A DNA stretch of 30,610 nt from Fidelibacterota bacterium. Lineage in GTDB: Bacteria; Bipolaricaulota; Bipolaricaulia; Bipolaricaulales; Bipolaricaulaceae. Positions within the stretch are counted from its first letter, which is position 1. The number at the start of each line of letters is the position of its first letter. The DNA lies in NCBI GenBank assembly GCA_024277405.1, contig JAJRVI010000116.1:1-30610 (forward strand), read 5' to 3'. This document shows, piece by piece, positions 12,053-17,401 of this stretch. Position numbers and translations under genes: made by a program. Below the pieces are notes generated by a model, which ran no database searches, was not told where the DNA came from, and saw nothing but the letters and a program-made list of their open reading frames with translations.

Positions 12053-12868
12053 TCAGAACTTGAGCTCCAGGGGGACGATGTAGAAGAAATGTTGGGGTTG
12101 CTTCCCCACCGGGGCGAACAGGGCCACGCTGAGGTGGAACTGGTACGTCCCGCTGGGGAGGTCATCGGGGACGAGCCAGTACTCGACATGGGTGTACTCC
12201 GTCCCGGGGAGCATGGTGTGGGTTCGGAGGGGGATCCTATCGATAATGTAGCCCTCCTCATCCAGTACATGGATCATGGCACAGACCTGGTCCGCGTTGA
12301 TGTGGAGATTGCCGTCGTTGGCGATCACCGCCTTGAGGATCACCCTCCTGGGGTCGGCGGGATCCTGCATCACCTCCGCGCTCTTGAGGGCGAAGTGCGG
12401 GGCCACATCCCCGCCCGGGCTCAACAGGAACAGGGAGGCCACCTGGGCGGCGGTGACCACCTGGGCCTCCGAGACCGCCGGCCTAATCTTGAACACCACG
12501 GCCACGTAGCGCCCCCCGTACGGTTCCAGCTCCTCCGGCATCCGGACCTTGTAGTCGAAGTAGACCACCTCATTCGGCCCCACCTCGAGGTGGTCTGGTT
12601 CCACCTGCAACAGGTCGCGCCCGCTGTAAGGGTAATCGTCGCGCGCCGGATCGAGGATGAGCGGTGTGCCCCGGGGGGCGGTGAACCCGCGGACATACGC
12701 CTCGATGATCACCGGGATATCGTCCGTGTTCGTCACCGCGAGCTTCCCCTCATAGGAGGAGCCCGGGGGGAGGACCATCTCCGTTATCACGGGGGAAACC
12801 GAGACCCCACCGTACAGGGAGCCACCGAACAACGCCGCGCACAGCAGACCGAAGAGGAACTTCCGCAT
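12053..12868 (-). CDS. Secreted two-Ig-domain protein, pilus-chaperone-like (PapD/EcpB-like or DUF916/DUF3324-like)
   Basis: Signal peptide MRKFLFGLLCAALFGGSLYG, then VSVSPVITEMVL...LAVTNTDD, LQVEPDHLEVGPNE, GGRYVAVVF; second domain IANDGNLHI...LPSGTYQFHLSV. No C-terminal TM helix. Family call by resemblance only. Confidence 0.6.
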   Translation of the reverse strand: MRKFLFGLLCAALFGGSLYGGVSVSPVITEMVLPPGSSYEGKLAVTNTDDIPVIIEAYVRGFTAPRGTPLILDPARDDYPYSGRDLLQVEPDHLEVGPNEVVYFDYKVRMPEELEPYGGRYVAVVFKIRPAVSEAQVVTAAQVASLFLLSPGGDVAPHFALKSAEVMQDPADPRRVILKAVIANDGNLHINADQVCAMIHVLDEEGYIIDRIPLRTHTMLPGTEYTHVEYWLVPDDLPSGTYQFHLSVALFAPVGKQPQHFFYIVPLELKF

Positions 12869-12888
12869 CACGCTCGATCACCTTCCCA

Positions 12889-13404
12889 TTAAATTTCAGG
12901 GACCGCGGTGAAGACGATCTTCATCTTGCCCTCGCCCGGGGGCACGCTGAAGTCGACGCTCAGCTTGTACTCGATGACGGCCACCTCCCCGGGAGTAAAC
13001 CCGTCCTCGAACTTCACCAGCACCATCTCCCCCTGTTTGGGAACCGTCCAATCGGCGATGCCCTCGCCGGTTCCCGGGGCCTTGGCGCGGACGAAGAACT
13101 TGCCGTTAGCGATGAGGTCGTAGTTGAAGTCTTCGATCACGAACTCGCTGAAGAGGGCCGTTATGCTGTAAGCGGGCAGGTTAGTGATCACGAGGAGCTC
13201 CGTCTGGGCCGTGTCCTCGGGGTGATTCAGGGGATCGACCTCGAAGCTGATCTCCTCGCCGCTCTCGATGGAGAGCATCAGCGTGCCCCCAATCCGGGCC
13301 CGTACCTTCACCACGGGTTCTTTGTCCTTGGCGAGGGCCCCCACAAAGAGAGAGAGCCCCAGGACAAGGGCCAAAAGCAAGACCAAACTCCTTCTCCAAT
13401 TCAT
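12889..13404 (-). CDS. Secreted ~146-aa beta-rich protein, pilin/WxL/spore-coat-U-like
   Basis: Sec signal MNWRRSLVLLLALVLGLSLFVGALA; mature N-terminal strand VVKVRARIGGTLMLSI, a VITN motif, C-terminal PPGEGKMKIVFTAVP; GAGGTG SD. The ORF is clearly real, the function is inferred. Confidence 0.55.
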   Translation of the reverse strand: MNWRRSLVLLLALVLGLSLFVGALAKDKEPVVKVRARIGGTLMLSIESGEEISFEVDPLNHPEDTAQTELLVITNLPAYSITALFSEFVIEDFNYDLIANGKFFVRAKAPGTGEGIADWTVPKQGEMVLVKFEDGFTPGEVAVIEYKLSVDFSVPPGEGKMKIVFTAVPEI

Positions 13405-13431
13405 GTCGCTCGTTCACCTCGCTAATCTTTA

Positions 13432-13591
13432 GTGATGTCGGGATAACCAAAACTCACTGGGCGGTACTACCACCTCCCCCCATTCTTCCGACCGACAGAC
13501 GAGTTCCTGCGATGGGAGCGCAAATATGATGGGCGAAAAGAAGCGGGGTACGTTTTAGGATGGGCGTCAATCCGGTTCACCGAACATCACC
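13432..13591 (-). other. Candidate structured 5' leader RNA of the pilin-like operon
   Basis: Long-range complementarity GGUGAUGUUCGG...AACC / GGUU...CCGACAUCACU closes about 150 nt just upstream of the SD. No known family recognised. Confidence 0.35.
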
Positions 13592-13602
13592 TATTCGCAA
13601 TC

Positions 13603-13631
13603 ACTTTACACCGGACACGCCCCGGATACAA
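13603..13631 (-). promoter_or_regulatory. Candidate promoter of the pilin-like operon
   Basis: TTGTAT (13626-13631), 17-nt spacer, TAAAGT (13603-13608). Confidence 0.55.
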
Positions 13632-13680
13632 AAGGAAATTTGTCCGTAATCTTCCCCACAGACCTCCCGAATAGCGCCGG

Positions 13681-13713
13681 GGAAAGAAACAGGGGCCCGC
13701 TGACGCGGGCCCC
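13681..13713 (-). terminator. Intrinsic terminator after the nitroreductase
   Basis: 9-bp stem GGGGCCCGC/GCGGGCCCC (13692-13713) followed by TGTTTCTTT on the minus strand. Confidence 0.88.
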
Positions 13714-13732
13714 ACGACGTGATGAGCAGGGT

Positions 13733-14230
13733 TCAAATACGGCGCACCAGGGAATCCAACGGGAGCCTATCGCGCTCGGGCGGGCGTTCCGCGGGGTAAC
13801 CGATCGGGATCAACATCATGAGCTCCTCGTGCTCCTTGGCCCCGAGCACCTTCTCCACCTGATCGTCCTTGACCCGCCCTATCCAGCAGGCCCCCAGCCC
13901 CAGGGAATGGGCGGCGAGGAGCATGTTCTGGGCACAGGCCCCGATCGCCTGCAGGTCCTTCACCCGGTCGTAGCCCGCGGTGGTGTCGAGGAGCACGGCG
14001 ATCGTGACCGGAGCGGTGCGGACCATGTCCATCTGGGTCACGAGACGGCCCAGCTCCTCCCGCTTCTCCTTGGACTCCACCACCACGAACCGCCAGGGCT
14101 GGGTGTTCCTCCCCGAAGGGGCCCAGCGACCGGCCTCCAGGATGGCTTCGACCTTCTCTGGCTCGACGGGATCGGGCTTGAACATCCGGATCGAACGCCG
14201 TTCACGAATGGCACGCAGTACCTCGTTCAT
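13733..14230 (-). CDS. Nitroreductase family protein (FMN-dependent), 165 aa
   Basis: AIRERRSIRMF, AGRWAPSGRNTQPWRFVVV, QNMLLAAHSLGLGACW, IPIGYP. The ATG at 14230 has a GAAGGAGG SD. Confidence 0.93.
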   Translation of the reverse strand: MNEVLRAIRERRSIRMFKPDPVEPEKVEAILEAGRWAPSGRNTQPWRFVVVESKEKREELGRLVTQMDMVRTAPVTIAVLLDTTAGYDRVKDLQAIGACAQNMLLAAHSLGLGACWIGRVKDDQVEKVLGAKEHEELMMLIPIGYPAERPPERDRLPLDSLVRRI

Positions 14231-14253
14231 CCCGCCCTCCTTCGCTCCGGTTG

Positions 14254-14266
14254 TGTTACCATTATA
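14254..14266. promoter_or_regulatory. Overlapping divergent -10 elements (nitroreductase / DUF2905)
   Basis: Plus strand TG-T-TACCAT (14254-14262, extended -10); minus strand TATAAT (14261-14266). Confidence 0.55.
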
Positions 14267-14270
14267 GCGT

Positions 14271-14486
14271 ATGGAGGTCTTTTCCCCGTTGGGAAAGGTC
14301 CTCGTGATATTGGGGGTGGTCCTCGTCCTGCTGGGCCTCCTCCTCGCGGGGAAATTGCCGTTCCTCGGGAAGCTCCCGGGGGATATCCGCATCGAGCGGG
14401 AGCACTATGTGGTCTATATCCCCATCACCTCCATGTTGATCATCTCCGCGATCCTGAGCCTCATCCTCTCGCTGTGGCGGAGATAA
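14271..14486 (+). CDS. DUF2905 family small membrane protein
   Basis: Two hydrophobic helices around the signature LGKLPGDIRIER...YIPITSMLIIS. Confidence 0.88.
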   Translation: MEVFSPLGKVLVILGVVLVLLGLLLAGKLPFLGKLPGDIRIEREHYVVYIPITSMLIISAILSLILSLWRR

Positions 14487-14573
14487 CGGGCCCCCGGCGG
14501 TCATGAACGTTACCCCGAAGGGGGACAAAAGGCCTCGCCCCCCTCGCCCGCGGGGCCTAACCTCCTGACCGCG

Positions 14574-15359
14574 ATGATCCTGCGGAAAGCGTTGCTCGCG
14601 GTGCTCGTGGCCGCGTTCATCGGCGGTCCGATCCTGGCCCGGGAGGGCCGGGGGCCGATCGCGATCCTCTCGGACGCGGACTTCACGCCGGAGAACGGGG
14701 TGGTGGGGGGAAGCGGCACCCCGGACGATCCTTACATCATCGCCGGTTGGCGGATCGACATGGCCGATGCCCCCTTCGCCATCCACATCCGCGGGGTAAG
14801 TCGGCCGTTCGTGATCCGGGACGTGGAGATCTGCGGGGCGGAGGTGGCGGCGATCAAGATCGAGACGGCCAAGAACGGCCGTATCGAGGACGTGGTCCTC
14901 AAGGGTTCCCCCACCGGGATCCTGATCGCCCTCAGCCGCGATATCTGGGTGCGCCGCGTGACCATAAGGGACTGTAGCGACGCGGTGAGGGCCCTCTTCT
15001 CCCGCCAGCTCGTCCTCTCCGGGTTGTCCATCGAGAAGTGCACGGTCGGTATCTGGTTCACCGGCACCGTCGGGTCCCGGATCCTCTCCTCCTACATCGC
15101 CGCGGACCTGGGCGTGCTCCTCGAACTCGGCTCCAACGACAATCTCTTCGCCGGCAACGGCTTCTTCGCCCGTATCCCCGTCCGATCCGAGGGCGGGAAC
15201 GCCTGGGACGACGGACACCGGGGCAATTACTGGGCGGGTTTCTCGGCCCCGGATGCCGACGGCGACGGGATCCTGGACCTTCCCTACGAGGTCTCCTTCC
15301 GGGAGGTCGACCGGTTCCCCCTCGCGGCGTTCACCCCGCCGGAGGTGCCCGAACCTTAG
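14574..15359 (+). CDS. Secreted right-handed beta-helix (NosD/CASH-like) protein
   Basis: Signal peptide; GSGTPDDPYII; ~22-residue repeats (GILI, GIWF, GVLL); C-terminal NAWD..GNYW..DADGDGILDLPY..DRFPL. Confidence 0.75.
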   Translation: MILRKALLAVLVAAFIGGPILAREGRGPIAILSDADFTPENGVVGGSGTPDDPYIIAGWRIDMADAPFAIHIRGVSRPFVIRDVEICGAEVAAIKIETAKNGRIEDVVLKGSPTGILIALSRDIWVRRVTIRDCSDAVRALFSRQLVLSGLSIEKCTVGIWFTGTVGSRILSSYIAADLGVLLELGSNDNLFAGNGFFARIPVRSEGGNAWDDGHRGNYWAGFSAPDADGDGILDLPYEVSFREVDRFPLAAFTPPEVPEP

Positions 15360-15471
15360 ATCCCGGATTTTCCGCCCTCTGGATCCCGTTCCGCTTATCC
15401 GCGTGTCGGCCCGTGCTGGGCGATTCCGGGCACGCAGTCGCTTATACCATCTCACCAAAGTTCTTACAGGG

Positions 15472-15500
15472 TTGACACCACTTTCCCCCCACGCTAAGTT
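15472..15500 (+). promoter_or_regulatory. Sigma70-type promoter of hpf
   Basis: TTGACA (15472-15477), 17-nt spacer, TAAGTT (15495-15500). Confidence 0.8.
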
Positions 15501-15524
15501 ATCCGTGGAAAGAGGTGGATTTGG

Positions 15525-16040
15525 ATGCAAATTAGGATACAGGAGCGTTATGTATCGGGTTCGGATGCCCTCCGGGAGTATGTGAGGAAGAAGGCGGAGC
15601 ACCTGAACCGTTACTTCGACAAGATCATCAGCCTCGACGTGATCCTTTCCGTGGAGAAGGAACGGCACCGGGCGGAGTTCATCGGCCACCTGGTGAACCG
15701 CAAGGTCGTGAAGGCGGTGGCGGAGACGGGGGATATGTACGCCTCCATCGACCAGGCCATCGATAAGCTCCAGCGCCAGCTCGTCCGCTACAAGGAAATG
15801 CTGAAGGAGGAGCCGCGCCGCGACCTCCCCGAGCCGGAAGGCGATCCCGTCCAACAGGAGCCCCAGATAGTGCGGATGGAACCCGAGCTCAAGAAGCCCA
15901 TGACCCCCGAAGAGGCGGTGATGGAGCTCGAGAGCTCGGGGAAGTCGTTCGTGGTCTTTTACAACCGCGAGGAGGGTGATACCCCGGCGGTTCTCTTTCA
16001 CCTGGGAGACGGACGGTACGGCATGATCGTCATCGATTGA
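15525..16040 (+). CDS. hpf: Ribosome hibernation promoting factor (long HPF)
   Basis: ALREYVRKK, DMYASIDQAIDKLQRQLVRYKE, and C-terminal domain KPMTPEEAVMELE...FVVFYN...GRYGMI. Confidence 0.94.
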   Translation: MQIRIQERYVSGSDALREYVRKKAEHLNRYFDKIISLDVILSVEKERHRAEFIGHLVNRKVVKAVAETGDMYASIDQAIDKLQRQLVRYKEMLKEEPRRDLPEPEGDPVQQEPQIVRMEPELKKPMTPEEAVMELESSGKSFVVFYNREEGDTPAVLFHLGDGRYGMIVID

Positions 16041-16050
16041 GGAGGTGCGG

Positions 16051-17079
16051 TTGCCCCGAGCCCTGGTGCTGTACTCGGGGAGTCTAGCGAGTACAGTGGC
16101 GGCCAAGCTCCTGGCCGCGAGCCGGGGCTGGGAAGTGGACCTTCTCTATGTACGTTCCCCCTTCTTCGGCGGTTCCACCGACGACGTGAAGGGCCTGGCT
16201 CAGCGCCTGTTCCCCGGGCTCCGTTTCCGCTCCTGCAGCGTCAAACGGGGTTACCTCACCTGGGGAGAGGTGGTCCGGGATGGGTGGCCGTTCCCCTGTG
16301 GTGCCTGCCGCTACCTCCTGTTCCACAAGGCCGCCCGGGTACTGCAGCGCAAGCGTTACGACCTCCTCGTCACCGGCGAGATCGTCGGGAAAGGCGGCTT
16401 GGAGCGGCGGGACCTCCTGCGCCTGGATCGGGCGGTGGGATTGCAGGGCAGGGTCCTCCGCCCCCTGTCCGCCGCGCTGCTCCCCCCGGTGGAGTTGGAG
16501 GGGAACGGGTCGTATCCCCTGCCCCGCCTCGACCTCCAGGGGGAGGCCGAAGGGGAACTCCGCCGGATCGCCGCCGATCTCTCCATTCCCACCGAGGAGT
16601 GGGACGCGGCGCCGGGCTGTTCGCTCCGCGACGCCGGCTTCGCCGCCAGGGTCCTTCACCTCCTCCGGGGAAAGAAGATCTCCTTGAACTCCTTCCAGCT
16701 CTTGAAGTTCCGCCACGTCTTCGCCACCCCGGATTTCCTCCTCGTGGTCGCCCTCTCCCCCGCGGAGCGCAAGGAGCTCCAGCATTTCTTCCTCCCCGAG
16801 GACGCACGGCTCTACATCCAGGTCCCGGACTCCCCCCTGGGGCTGGTCCGCTTCCTGGAGCGCCTCTCGTGCGAGGAGATGCTGGAACTGCTCGAGCTCT
16901 GCGGGGGCATCCTCGCGACGTTGGGGGGATATCCCCCGGGAAAGGAGGTGAAGATCTCCTTCCGGCTGGAATCCTCCGACCTCGATCACCTGTTCGTCTA
17001 TCCCGCCGAAGAGGAACAGCTGGAACGCCTGCGCCTTCCCCGGTTGAACTCCGATGTCAGGCTGGTATACTTGGATTGA
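16051..17079 (+). CDS. ThiI/MnmA-like PP-loop protein with NFACT-R-like C-terminus (degenerate PP-loop)
   Basis: ALVLYSGSLAS (cf. SGGLDS), SPFF, PCGAC, LVTGEIVG, LRPLSAALLPP, PGCSL. A TTG start at 16051 fits the GAGGAGG SD; the track start is 16045. Confidence 0.7.
   Translation: MPRALVLYSGSLASTVAAKLLAASRGWEVDLLYVRSPFFGGSTDDVKGLAQRLFPGLRFRSCSVKRGYLTWGEVVRDGWPFPCGACRYLLFHKAARVLQRKRYDLLVTGEIVGKGGLERRDLLRLDRAVGLQGRVLRPLSAALLPPVELEGNGSYPLPRLDLQGEAEGELRRIAADLSIPTEEWDAAPGCSLRDAGFAARVLHLLRGKKISLNSFQLLKFRHVFATPDFLLVVALSPAERKELQHFFLPEDARLYIQVPDSPLGLVRFLERLSCEEMLELLELCGGILATLGGYPPGKEVKISFRLESSDLDHLFVYPAEEEQLERLRLPRLNSDVRLVYLD
17044..17071 (+). promoter_or_regulatory. Promoter for fmdB-like/rpoC, embedded in the 3' end of the ThiI-like gene
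   Basis: TTGAAC (17044-17049), 16-nt spacer, with extended -10 TG-G-TATACT (17063-17071). Confidence 0.7.
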
Positions 17080-17133
17080 TTGTGCGAACTGAATCCACGG
17101 ACATCCCCTGCTGAAACGGAACAAGGAGGGAAT

Positions 17134-17355
17134 ATGCCCATTTACCGTTTCCGATGCGTGCAGTGTGGCCGGGAATTCCGCGAGCTCGTGAACTGGGGCG
17201 ATGGGGATGGCGTGAATTGTCCCGCGTGTGGAACCGACAAGGTGGAGAGGCTCCTCCCCCGGTTCGGGGTGATATACAAGGGGAGCGGCTTCTACACCAC
17301 GGAATACAGGCGCAAGAACGCTTCGGAACCCTCCGACAACGAGGGGAAGGGTTGA
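17134..17355 (+). CDS. FmdB-family zinc-ribbon protein, 73 aa
   Basis: MPIYRFRCVQCG...CPACG...FKGSGFYTTEY-like tail (YKGSGFYTTEY); AAGGAGG SD before the ATG at 17134. Confidence 0.9.
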   Translation: MPIYRFRCVQCGREFRELVNWGDGDGVNCPACGTDKVERLLPRFGVIYKGSGFYTTEYRRKNASEPSDNEGKG

Positions 17356-17401
17356 GCCCGCGGTAAAGGCCCGCACGGAGAAGGGGTGAGGTGAGAGGGG
17401 C

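Noticed and set aside
13405-13690. Known riboswitch, tRNA, SRP RNA, tmRNA or CRISPR in the longest intergenic region
   Set aside because: No consensus cores, cloverleaf or regularly spaced repeats recognised by eye. Kept only as an unclassified leader candidate.
14503-14568. 21-codon ORF MNVTPKGDKRPRPPRPRGLTS upstream of the beta-helix gene (possible leader or arrest peptide)
   Set aside because: No SD, low complexity expected from GC-rich DNA, and no supporting attenuator.
15360-15470. Possible terminator or small RNA between the beta-helix gene and hpf
   Set aside because: Only a weak bulged CGTGC/GCACG hairpin without a U-tract.
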